The position numbers and the translations under genes were made by a program. The notes beneath the pieces are model-generated. The model did no database searches. It was not told the DNA's origin and saw only the letters and a program-made list of their open reading frames with translations. A DNA stretch of 64,000 bases from a virus: the IMG/VR virus record IMGVR_UViG_3300020733_000013, positions 11,891 through 75,890 of that record; one strand, 5' to 3'. This document shows positions 9,008 through 18,908 of this stretch, in pieces; position 1 is the first letter of the stretch, and each line of letters begins with the position of its first letter.

Positions 9008-9394
9008 TAGGTGTCCCAGTACCTTGAAATATGGCTATAACCCGTCCTAACCACAGTGACGGTAGAGTGATGACGACTAACATCTAATTTATAGGACTAC
9101 CCATTTGGATGCCTAAACGCCTTGCCACTGCAAGTAACGTTTCCTATATCTTAACGGTTGTGATGTAGTAATACACTTTAAGAATGCCAAAAGATAGTAA
9201 TTGCGATAGATACTTTTGGGCTGGATAACACTTCCCGATGAATCATGTGTTATCATAACAGCGAATGCAGCAAATTCCCTTTATGGGTTAGTGAGACATA
9301 GACAATCCTCCACTGTAATATTTGAATTCATCGTCGCCTAAGTTCCTCAAGAATGTTTTGGTGTGGTAGGTTTATATCTACTCGCCATTGCCTA
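9008..9394 (+). ncRNA. Candidate large structured ncRNA of unknown class
   Basis: ~500-nt gap with no ORF in the track, in an otherwise dense genome, containing many nested helices (see findings). Confidence 0.5.
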
Positions 9395-9489
9395 AGAATA
9401 TTATTCTAAGTCCTAAACAAATATCCCATAGAAATTTTAGATATATAACCCACTTGGATTTCAGATAAATAATGTATCCGGAGAATACA

Positions 9490-10251
9490 ATGGCAGATTA
9501 TACCTTAGACGAATTAAAAGAACAATTATTTCAGAATATTCGTTATCGTATGGGTGAGGGTATCATTGATTTAGAAATTGATCCTCAACATTGCGAAGCA
9601 GCATATCAATATGCAATTAAAATTTACCGTCAACGAGCACAAAATTCCACAAAGGAATCTTATACATTGTTGACAATGACCACCCACACAAATACATATA
9701 CACTACCCAAGGACTTTCAAAATGTCCGTCAAGTATTCCGTAGAACCGTTGGGTTAGAAACAGGCCCAGCAGCTAGTAGTTTTGATCCGTTCAGTAGTGC
9801 TATCTTAAACACCTACTTGTTAAACTATAACTATGCCGGTGGTTTAGCAACGTATGACTTTTATGCAGGATACATTGAAATGGCTGCACGTATGTTTGGT
9901 GGCTATGTTATCTTTACATTCAACAAAGTAACCAAAGAACTTAAAGTTGTACGTGACATTAAAGCTGACGGTGAGCAGATACTTATTTGGGGTGACTTAG
10001 CTAGACCCGAAGAAGAATTGTTACTTGATCCAGGATCAGGTATTTGGATTGGTGACTTTACATTAGCTACATTAAAACTAGTTATTGGTGAAGCACGTGA
10101 GAAGTTTTTAACAATTGCAGGCCCAGGTGGAGGAACCACACTAAATGGTACCGCATTAAAAGCAGAAGGTCTTGCACAACAAAATCAATTGATTGATGAG
10201 TTGAAACGTTATGTTGACGGTTCAGAACCACTAACTTGGATAATCGGATAA
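9490..10251 (+). CDS. Neck protein (T4 gp13-like)
   Basis: ELKEQL..IRYRMGEGIIDLEID N-terminus and GPGGGTTLNG..LKAEG...PLTWIIG C-terminus; SD GGAG before ATG 9490; late box 9466-9471. Confidence 0.75.
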   Translation: MADYTLDELKEQLFQNIRYRMGEGIIDLEIDPQHCEAAYQYAIKIYRQRAQNSTKESYTLLTMTTHTNTYTLPKDFQNVRQVFRRTVGLETGPAASSFDPFSSAILNTYLLNYNYAGGLATYDFYAGYIEMAARMFGGYVIFTFNKVTKELKVVRDIKADGEQILIWGDLARPEEELLLDPGSGIWIGDFTLATLKLVIGEAREKFLTIAGPGGGTTLNGTALKAEGLAQQNQLIDELKRYVDGSEPLTWIIG

Positions 10252-10252
10252 T

Positions 10253-11440
10253 ATGAGAGCAAGTGAGTTCATTGTTGAGTATAAGCAATATCCTCTGGAA
10301 GAGTTTGAGGGTATCAATATGAAACTTAAAGTAGACAACCATGAGTTGATTCTGCAGGCTCTTGACGACTGGGGTAACAAAGTACTAGGTCATGTTAGAA
10401 TGAACATAGGCGATGGTAGTGAACTAGACCCTCAAGATTTACAAGTTGACGAACGTTATAGAGGTCAGGGCATAGCAAAGGTAATGTATGATTACCTTAA
10501 GTCTAAAGGTTATGAAATACATCGTAGTCCTGACCAAACAGATGACGGTAAACATTTTTGGGACAAGAACCGCGGTGAAGAAGGTAATGTTTGGGAAGAT
10601 GTTTTCGGTTCAAAAGCACCAAAGAAATTTGAACCTCTGGAAGAGTTTGAGGAAAATAATCTAAAACTAGAACCCGAACCGTATGAAGGTTGGACTGGCG
10701 AAGGTATTATTATTCGTGCGTATTTGAGTGACAAAGAAGTAGGGCATGTAATCTTTGAACCTACAGAAGATGATGAAACACAATGGTATGCAGTTGATGT
10801 TGAAGTAGATGACAACTATCAGCGTAAAGGTATTGCTACATCTATGTATAACTTGGCTAAGAATATTGCTAAAAAGCGTGGTATAATTATTGTTCGTAGT
10901 CATGCACAAAGTCAAGCCGGTCAAGGTCTTTGGCAAGATAAAAAAGTTTGGGAAGATGTACCTAAACCTGGACCAAGTTCAGGAGCGCCAAAGCAATTTG
11001 GACCTGACGCAAAGATAGAAACTCGCCAAATGACTGTAAAGCAATTAATCTCGTCAGTACCAGGCTTGCCCTACTACAACAATGTAGTTGATGATTGGGA
11101 TGCTAAGGACTATAGTTGGGGAGTTACTAAGAAGGTAATAGAATACGCAACTTATCTAAAAGAACATCCAGAGAGTTTGTCAAAGTTGCCACCCATAATA
11201 GTATTGAACGGCAAGTTTGAAGATGGCGCACATAGAGTGTCTGCTATATGGTTGCTACAACAAAGAATGGATCCTAAAAATCCACTGTGGTCAAATGCCA
11301 AACTAAATGTTCAATTCGTTACTCAAAATATCAACGAATCATTTCTAATATTGGTGAGAAAAATGGTTTCTTTGGTAAGAAACACACAGATGAACAACGA
11401 CAAAGAAAAAGAACCGAAAAACTTTTATCCCCTAAAATAA
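10253..11440 (+). CDS. Putative head-cargo polyprotein: GNAT + GNAT + ParB-like domain
   Basis: Leader MRASEFIVE; acetyl-CoA motifs VDERYRGQGIA and VDDNYQRKGIA; ParB-like PPIIV...DGAHRVSA; linkers VWED, VWED, INES. Confidence 0.75.
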   Translation: MRASEFIVEYKQYPLEEFEGINMKLKVDNHELILQALDDWGNKVLGHVRMNIGDGSELDPQDLQVDERYRGQGIAKVMYDYLKSKGYEIHRSPDQTDDGKHFWDKNRGEEGNVWEDVFGSKAPKKFEPLEEFEENNLKLEPEPYEGWTGEGIIIRAYLSDKEVGHVIFEPTEDDETQWYAVDVEVDDNYQRKGIATSMYNLAKNIAKKRGIIIVRSHAQSQAGQGLWQDKKVWEDVPKPGPSSGAPKQFGPDAKIETRQMTVKQLISSVPGLPYYNNVVDDWDAKDYSWGVTKKVIEYATYLKEHPESLSKLPPIIVLNGKFEDGAHRVSAIWLLQQRMDPKNPLWSNAKLNVQFVTQNINESFLILVRKMVSLVRNTQMNNDKEKEPKNFYPLK

Positions 11441-11529
11441 AATGTTATCATTGTAGCAAAGAAATTGACAGCATGAACTATGCTAGATGGCATGGGGATA
11501 AATGTAAAAATAAAAAGGAAAATATATGA
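11332..11529 (+). pseudogene. Homing-endonuclease remnant (NUMOD3-like + Zn-finger tail)
   Basis: GEKNGFFGKKHTDEQRQRKR...KIKCYHCSKE...YARWHGDKCK with no catalytic GIY-YIG/HNH N-terminus; overlaps the end of the upstream ORF in another frame. Confidence 0.6.
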
Positions 11530-12170
11530 TTGTCGGTGTGTGTGGTTTCATCGGTAGTGGTAAAGATACGATTGCAGACTATCTTTGCACACATCATAAG
11601 TTTAAGCGAATTAGTTTTGCAGCCAGTCTTAAAGATGCAGTAGCAGCAATCTTTGGTTGGGACAGAGAATTACTAGAGGGAACGACAAAAAGCAGTCGTC
11701 AATGGCGTGAACAAGTAGATCCTTGGTGGAGTGAACGATTAGGTAAAGATATCACACCCCGTTGGATACTACAATATTGGGGCACAGAAGTCTGTCGTCA
11801 AGGCTTTCACGATGATATTTGGGTAGCAAGCGTAGAGAATAAACTACGCCAAGCAAAGGATGATATTGTCATCACCGACTGTCGTTTTGCTAACGAGATT
11901 AAAGCTATCAAAGATGCAGGTGGCATCACAGTACGAGTATCTAGGGGAGACGAACCTGAATGGTACAGTGCAGCAGTTGAATACAACAAGGGACCAAACG
12001 GTAATCCCATGTGGGCACTGAGCAAAGCTAAACTAGACAAACTAAAAGTACATGCTAGTGAGTATTCTAGTGTTGGATTAAAGTATGATTATTACCTAGA
12101 CAACAATGGAACAATTGATGAACTACACAATCATATTAGTCAACTGTTAGATCACCACGACGCCACGTAA
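11526..12170 (+). CDS. Deoxynucleoside monophosphate kinase (T4 gp1-like)
   Basis: GFIGSGKDT P-loop, SFAASLKD, TPRWILQYWGTE, ITDCRFANE, HASE. Confidence 0.9.
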   Translation: MIVGVCGFIGSGKDTIADYLCTHHKFKRISFAASLKDAVAAIFGWDRELLEGTTKSSRQWREQVDPWWSERLGKDITPRWILQYWGTEVCRQGFHDDIWVASVENKLRQAKDDIVITDCRFANEIKAIKDAGGITVRVSRGDEPEWYSAAVEYNKGPNGNPMWALSKAKLDKLKVHASEYSSVGLKYDYYLDNNGTIDELHNHISQLLDHHDAT

Positions 12171-12477
12171 TTTCCTTACGTTTCACTACCTCTACACAGT
12201 TTAAACAAACAGTTCTTAGATTACTAGCACTAATATTCTCTAAGTTCCCGTCAATATGAAATACTGTTAGTTGACTGGTGAACAAACTTTTAAAGCCACA
12301 TACATCACATGTGGTTTTTTTCTTGTATGTACCACTTTGCCAATTTGGCTTTCTTGGTTTAAGTTTCTTTTTCTTTCTACCACATTCATCACACGTGCTA
12401 CGATAGTGTGTAATGTCATTGCGTTTATAGTTAACAGCGCAAAAGTTTTTGTTGCATTTAGAACAGATAGGTCTCAT
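12136..12477 (-). CDS. Zn-finger / HNH-like small protein
   Basis: Four CxxC pairs; VFHIDGNLEN...NLRTVCLNC resembles an HNH fold; late box at 12482-12487 on the minus strand. Confidence 0.6.
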   Translation of the reverse strand: MRPICSKCNKNFCAVNYKRNDITHYRSTCDECGRKKKKLKPRKPNWQSGTYKKKTTCDVCGFKSLFTSQLTVFHIDGNLENISASNLRTVCLNCVEVVKRKEITWRRGDLTVD

Positions 12478-12596
12478 GTGATATTTATGCAAGAAACCTT
12501 CGAAGGCACGCTTATTGAGTCTTTTTAGAAAATTTCGCTAAATATCTATACGAACTAGGGCGTTAACCCTCACAATCATAACTAAAGGAAAACAAA

Positions 12597-15500
12597 ATGG
12601 CATTAAATTCACCAGGCGTACAAGTAACGATTATTGACCAAAGTCAATACTTACCTGCAGCCTCAAATTCAGTTCCTCTAATCTTATTGGCAACTGCACA
12701 GAACAAAGCAGACCCGACAGGAACAGCAGTAGCCGCAGCGACAACAGCCGCTAACGCAGGAAAATTATATCAATTAACAAGTCAACGTGACTTGGCAACA
12801 CTATACGGAAACCCATTCTTCTATAAAACTTCTACCGGTACACCAATTCATGGTTACGAGTTAAACGAATATGGATTGTTAGCAGCATGGTCATTGTTAG
12901 GTGTTACAAACGCTTGCTATGTATTACGTGCTGATATCGACTTGTCAAGTCTAGTTGGTACATTAAGTCGTCCAGACGGTGCACCAGCAGACGGAACATA
13001 TTGGTTAGACACAACAAACAGTTCATGGGGTATCTATGAATTTAATGCTACAACTGGTCAGTTTGTTCTAAAAACTCCTACTATCTTTGATAAAGGTATT
13101 TCAGAAGTTGGAACAAATGGTTACCCATATGACACATTAGGTAACATCGGTGATTACGCAGTTGTTCCAAATATGTTAACAAGTTTACCAATCGGTAAGA
13201 GCACATATTTCTATAAAAATAGATTTAATGCATGGGTAGAAATTGGTAGTGCAGCATGGCAAAGTTCATTGTTCACAGTATTGGGAACAAAATCAACTCC
13301 AACTCCAGCGATCACTGCAAACAGTGATAGTTTCTCTATTACTTACAATTCATTTGTAGTTACTATTGCTCCAACACAAGCAACAGTTGATAACATTGTT
13401 ACACAAATTAATAATGCAGGTATCGCTGAATTGTCTGCTACAAATGTTAACGGTAAGTTAGGAATTAGTATATCTTCATACAGAACAAATGCATCAGTTG
13501 CACTAGCTGATGTATCAGGTACATTGTTAGAAAAATTAGGTATCACACCTGGAACATATTATGCACCTGACATTGTTTACGGTGACAGTGCAAGTATGCC
13601 ACTATGGTCATCAAGTCAACAGTATCCACACCCAACAGGTTCTGTTTGGATTAAAACAAGCACAGCAGGTAATGGGTTAGATTTGATTGTAAACAAATAT
13701 TCAGCAGCAAATGCAGGATGGTCATCAGTCAATACTCCAGCATATACAAGTGCAGATGCAGCAAATGCAGACCTTGATAGTGTTGGTGGTAAAAATATCC
13801 CAGCAGGAAGCTTAATTGCCCTATACCAAACACGCAGAGGTTCATTAAGTCCTGTAGTTATCTATGAAAGACTAGCATCAGGTGCAACACTAATTACAGG
13901 TGGAACAAGTAATATTACTATCCCTTCAGGAAAAGTCATTACAGTTGCAGTAAGCCAACCCGGAACATTGACAGATGTTGTCTATTCATTTACAACTTCT
14001 GGTGGTGATTTATCATCATTCATCACAGATTGGACACACGCTAATATTGTTTACACTTCTATAACAGAAACGACTGATGGATCTGTACAATTGAGCCATG
14101 CATTAGGTGGTGAGATTTATGTTCACGATTATCAACCATCCGGTGGTAGTGGTGCAGGACAATCTGCAGGTGTATTGTCAGCATTAGGTTTAACTCCAGA
14201 AATGAGTATGAATGTTACTTATGACAAACCTTTCTTATACACAACAACTGTAACAAGCACATCAAATTCAAACAATGGCGGAAGTGCAACTGGTTCTGTT
14301 ACATTGAATGTAACTTCATCAGGATTATACTATAGCATCATCAGTACTAACAGCACTGCAACTACTGGTTTTCAAGCAGGTGATACAGTTACATTCAGCG
14401 GTGCAGTATTAGGTGGCACAACACCAGCAAATGATTTAGTATTGAATGTGTTAACAGTTGATGGATCAGGTAAGATTCTTACTTTAGCATATGCTTCAGG
14501 TACACCAAGAGTTAACTATCTAACACACTTGTCAAACTGGGTAATGTTAGATTACACTGCTAACGAAGGTGCTCCAGCAGCATTACCACTCAACAGTACA
14601 AATTGGTACTATAGCACTGCTACTGAAGTTGACATTATGGTTCAACAAGGTGGTGCTTGGAAAGGTTACGGAAACGTAGCATATGATAGTAATGGTCATC
14701 CAGCACATACTGGTTCTAACATGACAGACCCAGCAGGTGTAATTATGAGTGCAACAGCTCCAACTACACAAAGTGATGGAACAACAGCAGTTGCATATGG
14801 TGACTTATGGTTAGACACGAGTGACCTAGAAAACTATCCACTAATCTATCGTTGGCAGTCAGTTAACGGTTACGACCAATGGGTCTTAATCAACAATGCA
14901 GATCACCATTCAAGTTCTGGTATTGTATTCGCTGACGCACGTTGGGGCAAAAATAGTAACGTTGACCCAGTCAACGATCCTATCCCAACAATTGCGGGTC
15001 TAATGACAAGTAACTATGTTGACTTAGACGCCCCTAATCCAGCACTATATCCACAAGGTATTTTGTTGTTTAACACACGCCGTTCAGGTTATAACGTTAA
15101 GAAGTTTACAACAAATTACTTTACAGCTAAGAATTTCCAAACAGGTAGCTTACCACTAGTAAGTTACACATGGGTAACAGAAGGTGGGTTGAAAGAAGAC
15201 GGTTCAGCATACATGGGTCGTAAAGCACAACGTAATCTAGTTGTACAAGCGATGAAAGCAGCACTTGATACTAACGTAACAATCCGTGAAGAAGATAACT
15301 TCTTTAACTTGATTAGTTGCCCAGGATATCCTGAATTGCAACCAGATATGGTTACATTGAACAATGACCGTAACAATACAGCTTACATCATTGGTGACAC
15401 ACCATTGCGCTTGAAAGACCAAGCAACTGACATTACTAACTGGGCTAATAACACAGTTGGTGCTACAGAGTCAGGTGAAGATGGTTGGGTAACACGTGAT

Positions 15501-16157
15501 GAATATTTGGGTGTATTCTACCCAAGTGGCATCACAACAGATTTGTCAGGCGCCCCTGCAGTTGTCCCAGCAAGTCACATGATGTTGCGTACATTCTTAC
15601 GTAATGACACAATCGCTTATCCTTGGTTAGCAGCAGCCGGTACACGCCGTGGTACAATTGACAATGCTACAAACATTGGATACCTAGATGCAGCAACAGG
15701 TGAGTTTGTAACTGTTAAGAACCGTATGGCAATACGTGATGTATTATATACAAATCAAATCAACCCAATGGCATACTTCACTGGAATTGGTTTGTTGAAC
15801 TATGGTAATAAGAGTTCATTTGCTTCACAGTCAGCATTAGATAGAACAAACGTAGGTCGCTTAGTCGCTTACATTCGTCAACAACTACAAATTGCTGCTC
15901 GTCCATTCGTATTTGAACCAAACGATGCATTAACACGTAGTCAATTGGCAGGTGTGATTCAATCATTATTTGTCGATTTAGTTGCGAAACGTGGTCTATA
16001 TGATTACATTGTAGTTTGTGATGAATCAAACAACTATGCAGCACGTATTGATAGAAATGAATTATGGGTAGACGTTGCAATTGAGCCAGTAAAAGCGGCT
16101 GAGTTCATCTACATCCCGGTTCGTATTGTTAATACAGGATCACTAGCAGCAGCATAA
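12597..16157 (+). CDS. gp18: Tail sheath protein with large internal insertion
   Basis: SPGVQVTIIDQS N-terminus; C-terminal PWLAAAGTRRG, LYTNQINP, FVFEPND, VVCDESNN, IDRNELWVDVAIEPVKAAEFIYIP. Confidence 0.95.
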   Translation: MALNSPGVQVTIIDQSQYLPAASNSVPLILLATAQNKADPTGTAVAAATTAANAGKLYQLTSQRDLATLYGNPFFYKTSTGTPIHGYELNEYGLLAAWSLLGVTNACYVLRADIDLSSLVGTLSRPDGAPADGTYWLDTTNSSWGIYEFNATTGQFVLKTPTIFDKGISEVGTNGYPYDTLGNIGDYAVVPNMLTSLPIGKSTYFYKNRFNAWVEIGSAAWQSSLFTVLGTKSTPTPAITANSDSFSITYNSFVVTIAPTQATVDNIVTQINNAGIAELSATNVNGKLGISISSYRTNASVALADVSGTLLEKLGITPGTYYAPDIVYGDSASMPLWSSSQQYPHPTGSVWIKTSTAGNGLDLIVNKYSAANAGWSSVNTPAYTSADAANADLDSVGGKNIPAGSLIALYQTRRGSLSPVVIYERLASGATLITGGTSNITIPSGKVITVAVSQPGTLTDVVYSFTTSGGDLSSFITDWTHANIVYTSITETTDGSVQLSHALGGEIYVHDYQPSGGSGAGQSAGVLSALGLTPEMSMNVTYDKPFLYTTTVTSTSNSNNGGSATGSVTLNVTSSGLYYSIISTNSTATTGFQAGDTVTFSGAVLGGTTPANDLVLNVLTVDGSGKILTLAYASGTPRVNYLTHLSNWVMLDYTANEGAPAALPLNSTNWYYSTATEVDIMVQQGGAWKGYGNVAYDSNGHPAHTGSNMTDPAGVIMSATAPTTQSDGTTAVAYGDLWLDTSDLENYPLIYRWQSVNGYDQWVLINNADHHSSSGIVFADARWGKNSNVDPVNDPIPTIAGLMTSNYVDLDAPNPALYPQGILLFNTRRSGYNVKKFTTNYFTAKNFQTGSLPLVSYTWVTEGGLKEDGSAYMGRKAQRNLVVQAMKAALDTNVTIREEDNFFNLISCPGYPELQPDMVTLNNDRNNTAYIIGDTPLRLKDQATDITNWANNTVGATESGEDGWVTRDEYLGVFYPSGITTDLSGAPAVVPASHMMLRTFLRNDTIAYPWLAAAGTRRGTIDNATNIGYLDAATGEFVTVKNRMAIRDVLYTNQINPMAYFTGIGLLNYGNKSSFASQSALDRTNVGRLVAYIRQQLQIAARPFVFEPNDALTRSQLAGVIQSLFVDLVAKRGLYDYIVVCDESNNYAARIDRNELWVDVAIEPVKAAEFIYIPVRIVNTGSLAAA

Positions 16158-16158
16158 T

Positions 16159-16183
16159 AAATGGCGCGGAGACGCGCCATTTT
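16159..16183 (+). terminator. Intrinsic terminator
   Basis: AAATGGCGCG-GAGA-CGCGCCATTTT. Confidence 0.8.
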
Positions 16184-16214
16184 ATAAGATAAATAAAATA
16201 TAGGAGAATATTAT

Positions 16215-16850
16215 ATGGCAACAGCCTCACAATCACTGTTCAATATGACCGTAGGAGCTGACAATGCACCAGCTTCACAGGGCTTGTTGATGCCAAAATT
16301 GCAGTTCCGTTTCAGAGCATTGTTCTTAAACTTCGGCGTTGGTGGTTCTACACAAGAATTGACAAAACAAGTTATTGACATTGCACGTCCAAACGTAAGT
16401 TTTACGGAAATTCCAATTGATGTGTACAACAGTAAAATGTATCTAGCAGGTAAGCATGAGTGGACAACTACTACTGTTAACTTGCGTGACGATGCATCTG
16501 GTAGCGTAAGCAAACTAGTAGGTCAACAACTACAGAAACAAATGGACTTTGTTGAACAAGCTAGTGCTGCAAGTGGACAAGACTATAAGTTCCAAATCAA
16601 TTATGAAGTATTAGACGGTGGTAACGGTGTGTTACAACCTAATGTCTTAGAAACATGGGAACTTTATGGTTGCTTCATTCAAGCTGCAAACTACAATAAC
16701 ATGAACTATTCAACAAACGAACCAGCAACAGTTAGTTTGACAATTCGTTATGATAACGCAATTCAAGCTCCACTTGGTTCAGGTATTGGTACAAGTGTTG
16801 GTCGTGCTTTTGGTGGCTCATCAGTTACTGGTATCGGCAGAAACGGATAA
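16215..16850 (+). CDS. gp19: Tail tube protein
   Basis: Directly follows the sheath gene; RFR..F, ARPNVSF, YLAGKHEW, ETWELYGCF, LTIRYDNA. Confidence 0.85.
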   Translation: MATASQSLFNMTVGADNAPASQGLLMPKLQFRFRALFLNFGVGGSTQELTKQVIDIARPNVSFTEIPIDVYNSKMYLAGKHEWTTTTVNLRDDASGSVSKLVGQQLQKQMDFVEQASAASGQDYKFQINYEVLDGGNGVLQPNVLETWELYGCFIQAANYNNMNYSTNEPATVSLTIRYDNAIQAPLGSGIGTSVGRAFGGSSVTGIGRNG

Positions 16851-16853
16851 TAA

Positions 16854-18014
16854 ATGTCTGGATTCTTTCAGAATCTTTTATCTGATGCCGCAAAAGGCTT
16901 CTTTGGGACAACTTACTTGCGTGATTATCAACATGCAAGTAAGACCTTTAGAACCAATGGTTACGCATACTCACCAAAACTCAAGTTCTTATTTCATGTC
17001 TATTTTGAAATCAACGAACAATATATTTCATCAACCAAAGATTGGCCAGCAGACCATAACTTTGGTTTGTTAGTAAAGTCAATTCAATTACCTAAATATT
17101 CATTTGATCTATCAGTATTAAATCAATACAACCGTAAACGTATCGTTCAGACCAAGATCAAATATGACCCTGTACAGATCACATTCCATGATGATAACGC
17201 AAGTTTGATTCGTAAATTGTGGTATACATACTACACTTACCATTATAAAGATGGTACATACACAGACCAATCTGAACAAAAGGCTGCTGCACAATCAGGC
17301 GGCGCATCATCTCCTAACATAAATCTAAATGATCGTACTATCTATAAAAACAACTTAGAAGGTCAGTTAGATTGGGGCTATATAGGTGAAGGTCAATTGC
17401 CACCTTCAATTACAGCCGGTGTCGAAAGCGGCACAAATAAGATTCCATTCTTTAAAGCTATTAACATTTATGGCTTTAATCAACACAATTTTGCTTTGTA
17501 TAGATTGATTAACCCTGTTATTGAAAGTTTTGGTCATGATACTTATGACTATAGTAACAACAATAGCGGTATGGAAAATCAAATGACCATTCAATACGAA
17601 ACGGTAAAGTATTATGAAGGTGCATTAGATGGCAAGACTCCTGGTAGCACGGTGAAGAACTTTGGAGATCCTGCACATTATGACACTACTCCTAGCCCAA
17701 TCGCACAACCAGGTAGTAATAGTACTATTATGGGTCAAGGCGGCTTAGTTGATGCTGCCGGTGGTATTATGAATGACTTAGCACAAGGTCACTGGGCTGA
17801 CGCTATTCAAAAAGCAGGTGTTGCGGCTAACACATTTAAGAATCCTGCAAATATATTAAATATTGCTAAGGGTGAAGTATTAAGCGGAGTCACTAGTGAT
17901 ATTAACGGAACTGCAACTAGAAATAATTTGTTTAGTTTCCCAATAGATCAGGCTAGTGGTGCAATCAACAAGGTAAAATCTGCGCTTAATAGTGGTCCTA
18001 AAGTAGGAAACTAA
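16854..18014 (+). CDS. Tail-tube-fold baseplate/tube initiator protein (gp48/gp54-like)
   Basis: VKSIQLPKYSF..QYNRKR..IKYDPVQITFHDD, LINPVI, MTIQYE motifs; position after the tube gene. Confidence 0.6.
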   Translation: MSGFFQNLLSDAAKGFFGTTYLRDYQHASKTFRTNGYAYSPKLKFLFHVYFEINEQYISSTKDWPADHNFGLLVKSIQLPKYSFDLSVLNQYNRKRIVQTKIKYDPVQITFHDDNASLIRKLWYTYYTYHYKDGTYTDQSEQKAAAQSGGASSPNINLNDRTIYKNNLEGQLDWGYIGEGQLPPSITAGVESGTNKIPFFKAINIYGFNQHNFALYRLINPVIESFGHDTYDYSNNNSGMENQMTIQYETVKYYEGALDGKTPGSTVKNFGDPAHYDTTPSPIAQPGSNSTIMGQGGLVDAAGGIMNDLAQGHWADAIQKAGVAANTFKNPANILNIAKGEVLSGVTSDINGTATRNNLFSFPIDQASGAINKVKSALNSGPKVGN

Positions 18015-18018
18015 TACC

Positions 18019-18381
18019 ATGGCACAAATTATTGACGCACCACAATCTAATTTAGATAAAACAGTTAGAGTATTTGATTCATTCTATAATATTGATATCA
18101 ATATTCCAATGGATCAATATGATATTGTTCGTTCATACTTTGTTAAAACATGTTCAAGTCTTGATGTTGCAGATAACTTTACCGAATTATTGTTTAGGAT
18201 ATCAGCACTAACAAACCAAGATGTTATGCTATTGTTAGATAGTTTGCAAGGCACAACAAAGATTCAAATGAATGGATTACTTGCTTATTATCTAAACAGT
18301 ATTAGAAGTAAAACAACACTATATGGGATTAGCAACACACCACAACCTAATCCAAGTGTACAACGAAACGTGGTAATCTAA
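18019..18381 (+). CDS. Hypothetical virion-associated protein
   Basis: 120-aa ORF tightly coupled in the structural operon. Confidence 0.65.
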   Translation: MAQIIDAPQSNLDKTVRVFDSFYNIDINIPMDQYDIVRSYFVKTCSSLDVADNFTELLFRISALTNQDVMLLLDSLQGTTKIQMNGLLAYYLNSIRSKTTLYGISNTPQPNPSVQRNVVI

Positions 18382-18833
18382 TGGCTAAGTGGGCACAAGG
18401 AATTTATGTAGTTCAAAACCCTGAAAAGTATATTGGTAAGGGTAGACCTAAGTATCGTAGTGGTTGGGAATTTACGTTTATGCAATTTTGTGACAACAAC
18501 AAAAATGTATTGAAATGGGCAAGTGAACCACTATTCATTCCTTATCGTAGCCCATTAGATGGTAAGATGCACAATTATGTTCCTGACTTTTTGGTAGTCT
18601 ATCAAAATCGTCATGGTAATCAAATTGCTGAAATGGTTGAGATTAAACCAAAGAAACAAAGTCTAATTGAAAGTCGTGTTGCTAATGCTAGAGATAGAGC
18701 AGTAGTGGCAGTCAATCATGCTAAGTGGGGTGCTGCAATGGCATACTGTAAACAAGCTGGACTTACTTTTAGAGTCATCACGGAATCCGATTTATTTTAC
18801 AGCGGCAAAGCGGATTATAAGAAAAAACACTAA
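18381..18833 (+). CDS. Head completion nuclease (T4 gp4-like, TnsA-N fold)
   Basis: NPEKYIG...YRSGWE..FM.FCD..VLKWASE..IPY..YVPDF..EIKP..N.AKW..A...F.VITE. Confidence 0.85.
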   Translation: MAKWAQGIYVVQNPEKYIGKGRPKYRSGWEFTFMQFCDNNKNVLKWASEPLFIPYRSPLDGKMHNYVPDFLVVYQNRHGNQIAEMVEIKPKKQSLIESRVANARDRAVVAVNHAKWGAAMAYCKQAGLTFRVITESDLFYSGKADYKKKH

Positions 18834-18908
18834 GTATCTCTTGGGACAGAGTAAATTACATTTTGGAAAATAGAAACCGAATAAATACTACTATTATAGG
18901 ATAGTAGA

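Noticed and set aside
9030-9320. RNase P RNA or tmRNA in the intergenic gap (minus strand has GAGGATTGTC and GGGTTATAG)
   Set aside because: The two segments cannot form the P4 helix; no tRNA-like acceptor/T-arm ends or plausible tag ORF ending in AA were found.
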